IMG/VR virus record: IMGVR_UViG_3300031715_000003
Coordinates: 1-64,000 of that record
From: a virus
Length of the DNA stretch: 64,000 nt
Reading direction: 5' to 3' (one strand)
This document shows positions 1 to 10,588 of this stretch, piece by piece (the first letter of the stretch is position 1; each line of letters opens with the position of its first letter). The position numbers were made by a program, and so were the translations under genes. The notes under the pieces are model-generated. The model was not told where the DNA came from. It ran no database searches and saw only the letters and a list, made by a program, of their open reading frames with translations.

Positions 1-2
1 GG

Positions 3-185
3 TCCAACTCGAATGGACAGATAGCAACCGAGGATGCCGATACGCTGGCGGCGTTTCAAGCGGCGCTCAAGAGCACGCAGTACTTGGCGCTGACATTCGG
101 CGGCGGCTGTTACTACGGGCATGGTGTCAACGTGAGCGGAGGGACCGCGGAGTTCACGCTTCTGACTTACGGATTATTTAAATGA
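3..185 (+). CDS. 3' part of a hypothetical protein (runs off the window start)
   Basis: Frame 3 reads ...LALTFGGGCYYGHGVNVSGGTAEFTLLTYGLFK*. Its stop overlaps the next ATG (ATGA at 182-185). Confidence 0.6.
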   Translation, partial: SNSNGQIATEDADTLAAFQAALKSTQYLALTFGGGCYYGHGVNVSGGTAEFTLLTYGLFK

Positions 186-3100
186 TGAAACTAGCCACTC
201 TTCTGCTGATTCTCGTCGCGCCCTCGTGGGCGACGAACTACTACATCAACGGCAGCACCGGAAACGACGGTAATCCTGGAACGCTCTCGCTTCCGTGGCA
301 GACCATAACTAGGGTCAACTCTGGAACGTACTCGCCTGGTGATAGCATCAATTTCTCAGGTGGCCAGACCTTTTCAGGTAATGCAGTATTCACTACGGGA
401 AGTTGCGGAACTCAGTCTAACCCCATCACGATCACGTCCTACGGATCTGGTTACGCCACGATTAACGGCGGCACTGGTAGCGCAATTGAAATCTACGAGT
501 GCGGTGGATACACAGTCAATAACCTCATCACGGTCGGATCTGGAAACACTACAAACACCGGCGTGGGCGTATTCGCATATCTGGACTTGGCCAACACTAC
601 TCTATACGGTATCACTTTCGGGCCAAATCTTACATCCAGCGGATTCAATTACGGCTTTGGTATCGGCTCATTCAATGGAGCTAGTGGGTATACCAATGTT
701 CTCATCCAAGGTGTCAATGCCTTCGGAAATAATGAGGGCCTTGGGATATATGGAGACAACAGTCCGACAAACGCCTATTTCTGTCACACCAACCTAAACG
801 TTATAAACTCCACGTTCCACGACAATCCAGGGACATCCGGAGGCGGTAACGGAATGTTTATGTCCTCCGTAAATGGTGGCAGCATTAAATATAGCTTGGC
901 ATACAATAACGCCTCTAACGCCAACGGAGGAGTCGGTTTCGAAATCTACGAAGCTCAGAATATAGTACTAGAATATAACGAGTCACACCACAATCACACC
1001 AATGGTGTCAATGATGGCGACGGATTTGACTGCGATGGAGGGTCCGTCAACTGCACGATGCAGTATAACTATTCGCACGACAATGACGGGGCTGGATTCT
1101 TGGACTACGCTTATGGAGGGGGGCCGAACACGACCGGCACGACTATCCGTTACAACGTTTCCCAAAACGATGGTCGCAAGAATGGAAATTCGTGCGTCAG
1201 GGTTGGTAATGGCAGCACAGCGGGCACTGGCCTGAGTGGGTCAGAGATTTATAATAATACATGCTACATCTCTGGAATAGCAAGCCAGTCGGTGGATGGC
1301 ATGGATATTCCATCTGGCAATAGTACCACAAATGTGCACTTTCGTAACAATATCATTGCGGTATCCGCTGGAACCGGAGGAACAGTTAATTTAGTAAATG
1401 TTCCCGGGTCTCACACTGGCCTGTTGTTTCAGAACAATGACTATTGGGCATACTCTGGAGCCACCAATTACAACTGGGGTGGAACCAACTACACCACTTT
1501 CGCGGCGTGGCAGACGGCTTCGGGCCAGGAGAAGATCGGCGGTACCAATGTCGGTCTCACGGAAGACCCCGGATTGGTCTCGCCCGGCAACGGACAAACG
1601 CTGGGACTGCTCGGCAACTCACAGCTTACGGCTTATCGCCTCGCCTCGGATTCGACCATTACATTCGCAGGTCAGAATATGCAGTCGGCCTTTAGCGTGA
1701 ATCCTGGAAATCAAGATTTCTGGGGATATGGCATCCCTTATATGGGAGGCTACAGCGTAGGGGCCAGTCAAGTGCCGTTCACGACTCCCGCAGCGCGAGC
1801 ATTCACGGTTTGCCCGAGCGGCTGCAATTACGCTGATCCAAACAGCGCTGAGTCCGCGCTCACCTCCCTCGCTCCGAACTGGCCGATCCTAGACGCTCCC
1901 TACATCTTCGAATGGACGGCTGGCGATACGTTCACGCAGACGGTGAACCTGCTCAGTCCGAACAATGGCCAGGGATACTTTACCTGCACAGAGACGAGCG
2001 GGAGCGCCGCATTGTCATGCCCGGTTATCCTAGATCCCCAGACGGCCGTCAAGGTAGTGACGGGAATGACAGTGGCGGGTCTAGGCGTGCCGACAGGCGT
2101 AACGGTTTCGTCTATCACCGGAACCGGCCCCTACACCGTTACCCTCACGAGTGCGCCGACGCTCGCGACTGCATATTGCAGTTCGGGAGCGTCACCATGC
2201 CAGACCTGCACTTGGAACGGATCGTCAGTCGTTTGTACCCAAGTCGGCGTGTTTTACTTCGGATCTGCGCAATGGGTAGTGCATCGATCAAGCGCGGAGT
2301 GCGCGCCCCCAGGCCAGCGGGCTGGCTCACAGAACACGACTTACGGACCCAGCGCAACAATCACGCCGGTAGCGGGCATGGCCCTCCTCATCACGCCGTC
2401 CGGGAGGAGCCCAGCTATTCAGGCTAACCCGACGAACGCTCCTGGCGCTCCGGGAGTAAGTTATCACCGCTTTGAATGCCTCGAACTTGCGGAGAGTACG
2501 GTAACAAACCAAGAGGTCTTTCAGGTCGTCCAACTTGGCAATCAACCTCCCGGTGGACAAGCATTGGTCGCACAGCAGGCCTCGGCGATGGCGCACCACA
2601 ATGCATTCAACCACATCTATTCTCATGCATATGTTGACCCGGCGAACAGTAACTTTGCCCATGCGTTCATAACGGACTCAGCCTATCTGGAGATAACAAA
2701 TAGTACCCTGATGGCCTTCCACACATCAGAGGAGGCCCACGGATTTGCTACTGACAATTCGATCGGACCATTCTATCTCAGAAACAACGAATTTGAATCT
2801 ACCGGCATAGGTACCATCTTTGGCGGGAATGCCCCAAATATGGGTGGGGCTAAGGTTACGGGCGCTCAGTTTATTGGGAACTACTATTACCGGCCATGGC
2901 TGTGGCGAGTCACCAGCGGCACGGCGACGCCCGCAAATACTTTCTCCCCATCGACGTGCCTGTACGATTCAAACGGAGGAGAGTCCTATTACGACGCTAC
3001 CAGCAACCACACGTACCTTTGTGTAGCGGGAACTTGGACTGACCAAGGAGCCGGTACTCCCGCGCAGCCCTATTGCAATACGGGCACGTGCACGGCAGGG

Positions 3101-4528
3101 GGCGCACCCAATCTAGTATGCACCACCACAGCGATGAGCACCGCGGTGACCTGCAACGACACGACTGGGGTATCGCCTGGGATGCTGATGTATGGCCCAG
3201 GACCAGCAACTCTCGGCACGGGTGCGTCGGTCTCGACGGTCAATAGCGGTACGTCACTCACGCTAAACGTTAATGCGAACTACACGGCGACCGGTACCGC
3301 CCAGTTCATTCTATCGAGCGGGTTCGGAGGGTCTTTTCCATATTGTGTCGATGGATGCAGCTTTGATAAAAACCAGGAAGAGTTCAAAGAAGTTTTCGGA
3401 GCGTTGAGCGATGGAAACTGGTGGCAGAATGGATGGGCGCCGGGGCTAGCCAGTCAAAGCGGGGAGTGCCTGCTGCAAAACAAAGTGGACTCCAATCTGG
3501 ACGACGTGGTGTCGTATGTCACCTATACTAACAATCGGTGTGATTCCACCCCACAGGGATTGGCGATCGGGCAAGCCGGAATTAATCCATACGTCCATGA
3601 GAACTCCAATTCCGTGTTGATAAACAATCTGTTTACCAACATCGGCCTACCGCAGATAACGCTGCCAGTTTTGGGAATCGGATCTGCCACGATGACATAC
3701 GTGGGCAACTTTGACCGCACCGTGTACCAGAACAATACGATGCTGCTGAACAATTCCCAATTTGGAATGCTCGGCAATGGTGTATTAACGTGCATGGGCA
3801 ACACCTATGGCTTCTTGGCATGGTCCAGCAACGTCGCCAACATCGGCTATGGAAGCTGGTACGACCAGTGTGATTCACTGGGATTCGGTAACAGTTCACC
3901 AGGATTTAACGTGCTAGCGAACGACTACGCCACTTCGGATCTAGGGCTCGGCACCATCATTGTAACGACTCAGTCCGCCTGCGAACCGGGCGCCTATCCG
4001 CCACCGTCTGGGAACTGCGGCCAGATAGGATGGGCGAACGGTGGCTGCAACGGATGCACCTACCCGACATCGCTATCCACGACGTTCCAATCGTACCCGG
4101 CCAATCTTGCCGTTGCGTCTGCGTATCAGGGGACGGGTTATTTGGGCTACGATCCCGGAGCCGATATCAACGTGGTGACGTGGAGCACGAATGGCAATTC
4201 GGGCTGTCCCGGCAGTACTCCATGCGGCGCACCGAATGCGTATTTGGATTTCAGGATAAAAGATCCGCTGGTCATGCCCACATCGGTCACGTGGTATTCA
4301 TATCGCGCGCTGGACACTGGGGCCTGCACCGTAACGATCGCAACACAGCCGCCGGCACCGGGCAGCACTACGCTGACGAGTGGGATCGTTTACGGGCCTA
4401 CCAGTGACGGCGGCGGCAATCCAGAACGGAGCCTGACCGTCACCGGCCTAACGGCCAAAACAGAATATTGGTACACGTTCGTCTGCACTGGAAGTGTGTA
4501 CCGAAGAGGGAATTTCAGCACTCCATGA
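182..4528 (+). CDS. Large Cys/Gly/Thr-rich right-handed beta-helix (pectin-lyase-like) protein with a Sec signal peptide; candidate tailspike or surface protein
   Basis: 1448 aa ORF. N-terminus MMKLATLLLILVAPSWA, a GNDGNPGT..PWQT motif, parallel beta-helix repeats (YNYSHDNDGAG, IRYNVSQND) and many paired Cys. Confidence 0.7.
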   Translation: MMKLATLLLILVAPSWATNYYINGSTGNDGNPGTLSLPWQTITRVNSGTYSPGDSINFSGGQTFSGNAVFTTGSCGTQSNPITITSYGSGYATINGGTGSAIEIYECGGYTVNNLITVGSGNTTNTGVGVFAYLDLANTTLYGITFGPNLTSSGFNYGFGIGSFNGASGYTNVLIQGVNAFGNNEGLGIYGDNSPTNAYFCHTNLNVINSTFHDNPGTSGGGNGMFMSSVNGGSIKYSLAYNNASNANGGVGFEIYEAQNIVLEYNESHHNHTNGVNDGDGFDCDGGSVNCTMQYNYSHDNDGAGFLDYAYGGGPNTTGTTIRYNVSQNDGRKNGNSCVRVGNGSTAGTGLSGSEIYNNTCYISGIASQSVDGMDIPSGNSTTNVHFRNNIIAVSAGTGGTVNLVNVPGSHTGLLFQNNDYWAYSGATNYNWGGTNYTTFAAWQTASGQEKIGGTNVGLTEDPGLVSPGNGQTLGLLGNSQLTAYRLASDSTITFAGQNMQSAFSVNPGNQDFWGYGIPYMGGYSVGASQVPFTTPAARAFTVCPSGCNYADPNSAESALTSLAPNWPILDAPYIFEWTAGDTFTQTVNLLSPNNGQGYFTCTETSGSAALSCPVILDPQTAVKVVTGMTVAGLGVPTGVTVSSITGTGPYTVTLTSAPTLATAYCSSGASPCQTCTWNGSSVVCTQVGVFYFGSAQWVVHRSSAECAPPGQRAGSQNTTYGPSATITPVAGMALLITPSGRSPAIQANPTNAPGAPGVSYHRFECLELAESTVTNQEVFQVVQLGNQPPGGQALVAQQASAMAHHNAFNHIYSHAYVDPANSNFAHAFITDSAYLEITNSTLMAFHTSEEAHGFATDNSIGPFYLRNNEFESTGIGTIFGGNAPNMGGAKVTGAQFIGNYYYRPWLWRVTSGTATPANTFSPSTCLYDSNGGESYYDATSNHTYLCVAGTWTDQGAGTPAQPYCNTGTCTAGGAPNLVCTTTAMSTAVTCNDTTGVSPGMLMYGPGPATLGTGASVSTVNSGTSLTLNVNANYTATGTAQFILSSGFGGSFPYCVDGCSFDKNQEEFKEVFGALSDGNWWQNGWAPGLASQSGECLLQNKVDSNLDDVVSYVTYTNNRCDSTPQGLAIGQAGINPYVHENSNSVLINNLFTNIGLPQITLPVLGIGSATMTYVGNFDRTVYQNNTMLLNNSQFGMLGNGVLTCMGNTYGFLAWSSNVANIGYGSWYDQCDSLGFGNSSPGFNVLANDYATSDLGLGTIIVTTQSACEPGAYPPPSGNCGQIGWANGGCNGCTYPTSLSTTFQSYPANLAVASAYQGTGYLGYDPGADINVVTWSTNGNSGCPGSTPCGAPNAYLDFRIKDPLVMPTSVTWYSYRALDTGACTVTIATQPPAPGSTTLTSGIVYGPTSDGGGNPERSLTVTGLTAKTEYWYTFVCTGSVYRRGNFSTP

Positions 4529-4536
4529 GGGGCTAA

Positions 4537-4692
4537 ATGTGGAAAGAATTTGATCTTTGGATCGGCGGCCATAACGGCGTTCACCCGGTGTGGATGTGGC
4601 TGCCGACGATTGGGGAAGTGCTCTTTTTTGTGGCAGGCTGCGCCGTTGGAGTTGGCGCGCTGTGGCTCGCGAGGAAACTGTGGCACCGTTGA
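4537..4692 (+). CDS. Small membrane protein (51 aa, below the ORF track cutoff)
   Basis: MWKEFDLW...VLFFVAGCAVGVGALWLARKLWHR*. It fills the gap and its TGA overlaps the TTG of the next gene. Confidence 0.55.
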   Translation: MWKEFDLWIGGHNGVHPVWMWLPTIGEVLFFVAGCAVGVGALWLARKLWHR

Positions 4693-7664
4693 GGCTGTCG
4701 ATCGTCGCGGTCTGGACGCTGCTTGCGGCCTCGCTCTGCGCCCAGACGATGCAATCCGGGTCCGGAGCGCCCGGCGCTGGCGTAGGCGCTAATGGAGACC
4801 TCTATAACAGAACGGATACGCACTGGATCTATGGCCCCAAGGCCGGCGGGGCGTGGCCCTCAACCTACTCGGTCATCCTCGGGCGCGGCTGCACGACGGC
4901 GTTTCATATCGATTGGTACTGTACAGGGCGAGGAGTGGGTGGAGTTGATCCCAACATGATCCAGAGTCCTGTTGAGCCTAATCCGCTGTTCGGCGTTGAC
5001 GCCGGGCTGACTGGCAGCACACCGGATGGCACGGTTCACACGACGGCCCAAGTGTTGTCGAAGTACACAACGCCTGACGCCTTTTATGCAGCCGTAGGCT
5101 ATACCGGAATAACACATTACTGGGCCATCACCACCACAGGCAATGATGGCACATGCTCTCGTCAGACGACGGTTGCTCTGGCAGTTGCGAATGCGTGCGC
5201 GACATTTTCTGGAATAGGCGGCGCTCCGGCCGCGGGCGATGCCGTGATCATGCGGGCCGGAACTTATGCTACGAACTGGTCCCCTGGTACCAACGGAACG
5301 GCCGGCAATCCAATTTACGTTATCAATTACCCCGGAGAACACGCCATCATAGATACAGGTCCTCTGGGCGGCACAAACGGTATTTACGTGCCGTTTCTCT
5401 CGTATTACACGATCGACGGACTTGAGATGGTTAACTCCTCTGGCAGCTACGATGGGTCTGGCTGGGGCATCACCATCGGCTACGGTAGCGGAATGGTGAT
5501 TCGCAATTGCTGGATTCACGATTTTGGAGACGACATAATCTCCGGGGACGCCACTATCAACGTTCTGGTGGAAAGGAATGTAGGTAACAACGGAGGCACC
5601 GGGGACGGCCACGATTTCTACCTTGGATCTCGCTTCACGCCCTCGACTGGGGGGATAGTTCAAGACAACGTGATCTACAACGGCGACTCCGCCCCGATGC
5701 AATTCAATGGACGCTTCCCAGGTCTGCTCTTTACCAGGAACATAATCCACGACGGCCAGGGTCATGGGTTGGCTTTTTATAACGGCAGCACCGGCGCGAC
5801 AATCTCGAACAACATTATTTTCCAGGTCGAAAACGACGATATGTTGTGGCTGATATACGACGGCGGATGCAGCGCCATGCCGCCCACTGGTGTGTGTCCC
5901 TACGGATTTGCAAACGACATCATCGTGAACAACACGTTCGTGACGACCTCGGCCAGCGGAGGAGGTCCGGTAGGATACGTCAATGCGTGCAATACAGGTG
6001 GAATGTGTACGCCCACCACCGGCTTGGGGGGAGGGCCGCCATGGAGTTTCGGCAGCAACACATATTCGAACAATGTCATCGTAACCCTGACCGGAGCCTC
6101 AGCACCATTAAACTTTCAAGCAGGCACCATTACGGCAGATGTCAACAGCACCTACAGCAACGACATCTTTAACGGATTCGGAACGTTAGTCGTTGGAACT
6201 CTCAGCACCAACTATACCTGCGCCAGTCTGGCAGGCGTGGCCACGGTGTCCAACTGCGGTACCGCCGACCCGATGCTTATTTCCGCTAGCAATGGAGAGG
6301 CTACCAATAATTTCGACCTACATCTAAGTACAGGATCTCCTGGCATTGGGGCAGGCACCGCTACCAACGCTCCCGCCATTGATATCCAGTGGAACGCCAG
6401 GAACAATCCGCCATCAATCGGGGCCTACGAGTACGGTGGCACATCAGTCCTCACCATCGTATCGCCAACTTCTCTAAGTAATGCGCAGGTGGGGGTCGCC
6501 TATGGTCCGGTGCCTTTCATGGCGACTGGCGGAACAGCCATGGGCTATGTGTGGTCGGTGACATCCTCCTGTCTCCCGAGCGCTCTAAGTTTCTCCGCAG
6601 GGGGAATCCTCAGCGGAACTCCAGGTGGCGGCACGGCAGGGATGTATTCCTGCACCTACACCGTGACCGATTCTGGAAGCAACGTGGCGCACATCACGCT
6701 CAACCTCACGGTGGTTACGACTGCCCCGACGCTGACGAGCCTGTCCCCCAGCTCCACTACGGCCGGCGGTCCGACGTTCACCCTTACCGTGAACGGCAGT
6801 GGGTTCCTCAGCGGCGCTACGGCGTTCTGGAACAGTACGTCTCTAACGACGATGTTCGTGAATAGCGGACAGGTTACCGCGACCGTACCCTCAACTCTGA
6901 TCGCTTCGGCAGGCACCGCTGCCATCACGGCCACGAATCCAGGGAGCGCAGCATCAACCCCTCTCACGTTCACCATCAATCCCGCTCCTCCGCCCGGGTC
7001 TGGTGCCATGATGTTGGGGGGCGCCAAGATACTAAAGGGTACGCTCGAGGGCACCATCATCACGGCTGGAGCCATCACAAACCAACAGACGCCGACGACG
7101 TGCTTGGTTTCCGGGACAACCTGCACGTTTACTATATCGGCGACGACCGCGGGCAACACACTCGTCGTGCTGTTGGACTATCTGGGCGGGACCGTCACTC
7201 CGCCCGGTGGATGGACCCACATTCCCTCTGCTCTTTGCACGGGCACCCAGACCGTGGACGCCTACTACCAGCGAAACACCACCGGGGGGACCACGAGCAT
7301 AGTGTTTACTCAGAGTTCTAGCCTTTGGTACGCGGGAACCATCTACGAGCTACACTCTACAGCGGGCGCGAACTTCCCTCAATTGGACACCGCATCGTGC
7401 AACAACTCTTCGTCCAGCCTGACATCATTCACGGGACCTAATTTGACGCTTGCCGGCTCGGGTGAGGCGATCATCTCTGAAGGTCAGGCGAACAACGGCG
7501 GGGGGATGACTGGCGTAACCAATGCCGGATACAACGTAGTTCCGACGAGCGGAAATGGTGTGGCGACGGCGTATATCCTCAACACCGGGAACGGAACGGG
7601 TGTCACATGGAACTCGATGTCCGCCTCTACCAGGTGGGCCATCAATATGCTGGCGTTCAAATAA
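4689..7664 (+). CDS. Secreted-type beta-helix plus Ig/IPT domain protein; candidate tail fibre, spike or decoration
   Basis: Likely TTG start at 4689 (MRLSIVAVWTLLAASLCAQ). Contains a GANGDLYNRTDT..YGPKAGGAW phage fibre-like motif, beta-helix repeats, an Ig-like repeat and an IPT-like domain (PTLTSLSPSS...LTVNGSGF). Confidence 0.7.
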   Translation: MRLSIVAVWTLLAASLCAQTMQSGSGAPGAGVGANGDLYNRTDTHWIYGPKAGGAWPSTYSVILGRGCTTAFHIDWYCTGRGVGGVDPNMIQSPVEPNPLFGVDAGLTGSTPDGTVHTTAQVLSKYTTPDAFYAAVGYTGITHYWAITTTGNDGTCSRQTTVALAVANACATFSGIGGAPAAGDAVIMRAGTYATNWSPGTNGTAGNPIYVINYPGEHAIIDTGPLGGTNGIYVPFLSYYTIDGLEMVNSSGSYDGSGWGITIGYGSGMVIRNCWIHDFGDDIISGDATINVLVERNVGNNGGTGDGHDFYLGSRFTPSTGGIVQDNVIYNGDSAPMQFNGRFPGLLFTRNIIHDGQGHGLAFYNGSTGATISNNIIFQVENDDMLWLIYDGGCSAMPPTGVCPYGFANDIIVNNTFVTTSASGGGPVGYVNACNTGGMCTPTTGLGGGPPWSFGSNTYSNNVIVTLTGASAPLNFQAGTITADVNSTYSNDIFNGFGTLVVGTLSTNYTCASLAGVATVSNCGTADPMLISASNGEATNNFDLHLSTGSPGIGAGTATNAPAIDIQWNARNNPPSIGAYEYGGTSVLTIVSPTSLSNAQVGVAYGPVPFMATGGTAMGYVWSVTSSCLPSALSFSAGGILSGTPGGGTAGMYSCTYTVTDSGSNVAHITLNLTVVTTAPTLTSLSPSSTTAGGPTFTLTVNGSGFLSGATAFWNSTSLTTMFVNSGQVTATVPSTLIASAGTAAITATNPGSAASTPLTFTINPAPPPGSGAMMLGGAKILKGTLEGTIITAGAITNQQTPTTCLVSGTTCTFTISATTAGNTLVVLLDYLGGTVTPPGGWTHIPSALCTGTQTVDAYYQRNTTGGTTSIVFTQSSSLWYAGTIYELHSTAGANFPQLDTASCNNSSSSLTSFTGPNLTLAGSGEAIISEGQANNGGGMTGVTNAGYNVVPTSGNGVATAYILNTGNGTGVTWNSMSASTRWAINMLAFK

Positions 7665-7699
7665 AGGGAGCCTTTACTGAGGATTGAATAGTGTGACGA

Positions 7700-7981
7700 A
7701 TGCCAGGAACACCGTGGGAGCCAGACCCGCAGACTCAATTTCTAACGCAGCTTCAGGCTGATCTTAAGTACGTCATGCGGACGCTAGACGAGATGCGGAC
7801 CGAGATGAAGGAGGACCGCGACAAAGCGGAACGGAACTTCGTAACCCGCGAAGAATTCAAGGCACTGGAGGAGCGCACCGCCCTCCTATGGAAACTGGTC
7901 TACGGCGTCGTGTCGGTCATAGGGCTATCCTTCCTGGGAGCGCTGGTGAATTCTGTCATGAAGCAGCCAGCGGTGAAATAG
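7700..7981 (+). CDS. Coiled-coil protein with C-terminal TM helix (holin-like)
   Basis: Heptad-rich N-terminal part and hydrophobic C-terminus LVYGVVSVIGLSFLGALV, at the end of the late arm. Confidence 0.5.
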   Translation: MPGTPWEPDPQTQFLTQLQADLKYVMRTLDEMRTEMKEDRDKAERNFVTREEFKALEERTALLWKLVYGVVSVIGLSFLGALVNSVMKQPAVK

Positions 7982-7982
7982 C

Positions 7983-8432
7983 ATGAGGGAGGTCTTGAGG
8001 CAGTTGGTGTTCTGGTCCGCAGTCGTGATGTTGGGAATGTCGGGATTCTTTGCCGGGCTTTCAATTTTGTGGGGGCTGGCGCGGGCGTCCGACATCTTCA
8101 TATTCCGGGCCCCGATAGAGGTTTCGCTTAAGGCTGGTTACTTGTGGATCAAGATGGACTACTGCAAGCCAAAGTATACGCGGCCAGCCGACGTAAGGCT
8201 GGAATTTGACGATACGACGCGGGATTTTCAAGCCCTGATCCCTGAAACGTTTGTGTCGGAACTACCGGTGGGATGTCATGATTACACGGACTACATTCCA
8301 ATTCCACCCATTCTCCCCCCTGGCACGTACCGCGTTAGAATGATCCGCTCGTACCGGATTAACCCGTTCAAGACCATAACGGTCGAAAGTGTATCGAATG
8401 CGATCATGGTCTCGGAACCAAAAACGCAATAA
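7983..8432 (+). CDS. Membrane-anchored hypothetical protein
   Basis: N-terminal TM helix; starts 1 nt after the previous stop. Confidence 0.55.
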   Translation: MREVLRQLVFWSAVVMLGMSGFFAGLSILWGLARASDIFIFRAPIEVSLKAGYLWIKMDYCKPKYTRPADVRLEFDDTTRDFQALIPETFVSELPVGCHDYTDYIPIPPILPPGTYRVRMIRSYRINPFKTITVESVSNAIMVSEPKTQ

Positions 8433-8585
8433 AGGAGCCAATATGGAAGACGAACCGAAGCAGGAAGAAGATCACAAGCCGGAAGAACCTGAGGATCCGA
8501 AAGAGGAACCAGTTCTCGGTGGCCCCGGCGATGGTCCTCCCGGCGACCGCGGCAATTGATATAAATCAAAGAAAAAGCGTGCAGG

Positions 8586-8939
8586 ATGGACGATCAGAAA
8601 CGATGGGAACTCGGAGGTTCTCTCATAGTTGGGATAGGCGCTGCCCTAGCCCGGTTGTTTGGTGCCAGCGCTAAGCGTGGCGCTAGAGAGGATTTGTATG
8701 CTCGGCTTCAGAAAGATGTGGTATCGGTGAGGGCCGACCTGGATGACCTCCAGCGGCAGGGCGATATCGACCACGAAACGATCCGTGATCACGGGCGCCG
8801 GTTGGTGCGCGTTGAAATCAGTGTGGATCGGCTTGAGCAGCTCGAGCCAGAGTTGGAGGGCCTTCACGACTCTATCGGGAGGATTCTGGCGGGCCTGCGG
8901 GACAAGCGCCAGCGTGACCAATCGATCGGCTTAGAGTGA
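8586..8939 (+). CDS. TM plus coiled-coil hypothetical protein (possible lysis-cassette member)
   Basis: N-terminal hydrophobic segment followed by a coiled coil. Last + strand gene before the convergence point. Confidence 0.5.
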   Translation: MDDQKRWELGGSLIVGIGAALARLFGASAKRGAREDLYARLQKDVVSVRADLDDLQRQGDIDHETIRDHGRRLVRVEISVDRLEQLEPELEGLHDSIGRILAGLRDKRQRDQSIGLE

Positions 8940-9534
8940 ACCACCACCACGCAACGCATCCGATGTGCACCGCCATCCGTGCGGCGTCCGCTTCGTAAAA
9001 GTGCCGCTGAGTCCATGGCGGCTTGGTGGCGGCGTTCGAAGTGAACCATAAGAGGAGTGCGCCGGAGTGCGCCATGGCACCCGGAAGAATCGTGCGACCC
9101 CATCCCCATGCCAGCGCCGCCACCAGCACACCAATTGCGTACAACGTTGTCCCAAAGCGAACGTAATAGGCCATGGGATCGCTTCCAGGATAAGGATCGG
9201 GATGTCCGAAGTACAGTGCGCCCGTTGCGAATAGTCCAAAACTGGCGATCCACCCACGGCGCGCGGATCGTTCTCCCTCCCCGCGTGGCCACGTAATCAG
9301 GCACATCGCCTCAAGAGCAGCCGCAACCTCCACGGAAGAGATGATCCATACGCGCCATCCCTGCCACAGCCGGGGAATGCCCCACTGGTAATCCAGCGTG
9401 GTGGAAGCGATCGCCAGGATGAGGAGCGCACGGAAGCAATAGCGGGGAGGACCGGAATGGGTCAGCATAAGCGCCAGCACGCCTACGGAGCCAAGCTGCA
9501 GCGCGATCGGGAGGACGAAGGTGGCGGCGAGCAA
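8872..9534 (-). CDS. Multi-pass membrane protein
   Basis: Several hydrophobic segments; GGAGG SD upstream. Confidence 0.6.
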   Translation of the reverse strand: MLAATFVLPIALQLGSVGVLALMLTHSGPPRYCFRALLILAIASTTLDYQWGIPRLWQGWRVWIISSVEVAAALEAMCLITWPRGEGERSARRGWIASFGLFATGALYFGHPDPYPGSDPMAYYVRFGTTLYAIGVLVAALAWGWGRTILPGAMAHSGALLLWFTSNAATKPPWTQRHFYEADAARMAVHIGCVAWWWFTLSRSIGHAGACPAGPPESSR

Positions 9535-9552
9535 CAGCGTTATTCCTCCGGT

Positions 9553-10260
9553 TTAGCTTTTTGGCGCAGATGATGCGGCGACTTGAACGAAGGACCACTC
9601 CCCGCCGATACCCGCCATGCCTGCGGTGTAGACCGCCTGATACTTCGTGCCGCCGCTGGATTGATCCGCCACTATGGATCCATTCTGGTATGTCGTCTCC
9701 ATGTATGTGAAGCCGGTGGGTGTCTCATTGGTCACGCCTGGTCCTGGATAGCAAATCGTGGTTCCACCGACTTGGTAGCAGGCTTGCACCAGCACATTCG
9801 ACGGAGGAGGAGGTGGCGGTGGAGGGGGTGGGAACTTCGCGGCCACGGCCTCAAGGATAGTGCCAGGAGCTTGGTAGTCATACGTCTCAGGATTCCACTG
9901 CTCAGAAGGAACAAAGCCGGCCGCAGTCGCCAATTGGCCGGCGTATATCAACGCCGTCGCGGGATTGGCGTCTGGCACAGGAGCATTAGTTTGCGCCAGT
10001 ATAAAGTCTTGGCCCTCTCCGATGGCTTCCTGGTAGAGTGCGGCCGGCGAATTGTCGCCTTGGTTGTCGAGCGATAGGATGCTCTGGTTCTCGACGGTCG
10101 CCACCCACCCAGCCATGAAGGACGCCATAGTCGGCATCATTACGGGGAAGCCGTTCATCGACGTCAGCACCCATCCCTGTGGCACAACGGGGCCGACCGT
10201 AGCCATTGCCTTAACCGCCGCTTTAGCCCTGCGGGCCAATCTCTGATGTATCGTAGACAA
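9553..10260 (-). CDS. Hypothetical protein with a poly-Pro linker
   Basis: AAGGAG SD then TTG at 10260; a ten-residue Pro run separates two domains. Confidence 0.6.
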   Translation of the reverse strand: MSTIHQRLARRAKAAVKAMATVGPVVPQGWVLTSMNGFPVMMPTMASFMAGWVATVENQSILSLDNQGDNSPAALYQEAIGEGQDFILAQTNAPVPDANPATALIYAGQLATAAGFVPSEQWNPETYDYQAPGTILEAVAAKFPPPPPPPPPPSNVLVQACYQVGGTTICYPGPGVTNETPTGFTYMETTYQNGSIVADQSSGGTKYQAVYTAGMAGIGGEWSFVQVAASSAPKS

Positions 10261-10317
10261 TTTATTTCTCCTTTGATTTAGAGTGTTGAGGGGCCGCACG
10301 ACGGCGGCCCCACGCTT

Positions 10318-10512
10318 TCAGAACGGATAGCACCCGTAAGTGTCCGCAAAATCTTGCGGAGACCAATAGTATCCGTACACATCTGGCTGGAAGAACGTCA
10401 TGTAGACGGCCCATCCCATTGGTGAGCAGATAGGCCAATTCGGGCCGGATTGCGCCAGGGCGGTCAACGCCGCCACTGCGCTCAACACTACAACTGCGAT
10501 TAGCTTTTTCAT
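10318..10512 (-). CDS. Small secreted protein
   Basis: Signal peptide MKKLIAVVVLSAVAALTALA; AAGGAG SD. Confidence 0.65.
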   Translation of the reverse strand: MKKLIAVVVLSAVAALTALAQSGPNWPICSPMGWAVYMTFFQPDVYGYYWSPQDFADTYGCYPF

Positions 10513-10588
10513 AGGCTCCTTTTAGAGGGAACCTGCCCGGCTTCCCAGATGCTGGACGCAGACGGCGCAATGTCCAGCGAAAATTGAA

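Noticed and set aside
4860-5765. 301 aa ORF on the - strand
   Set aside because: Antisense shadow of the beta-helix gene.
9801-9832. G-rich repeat
   Set aside because: It only encodes the poly-proline linker of ORF 9553-10260.
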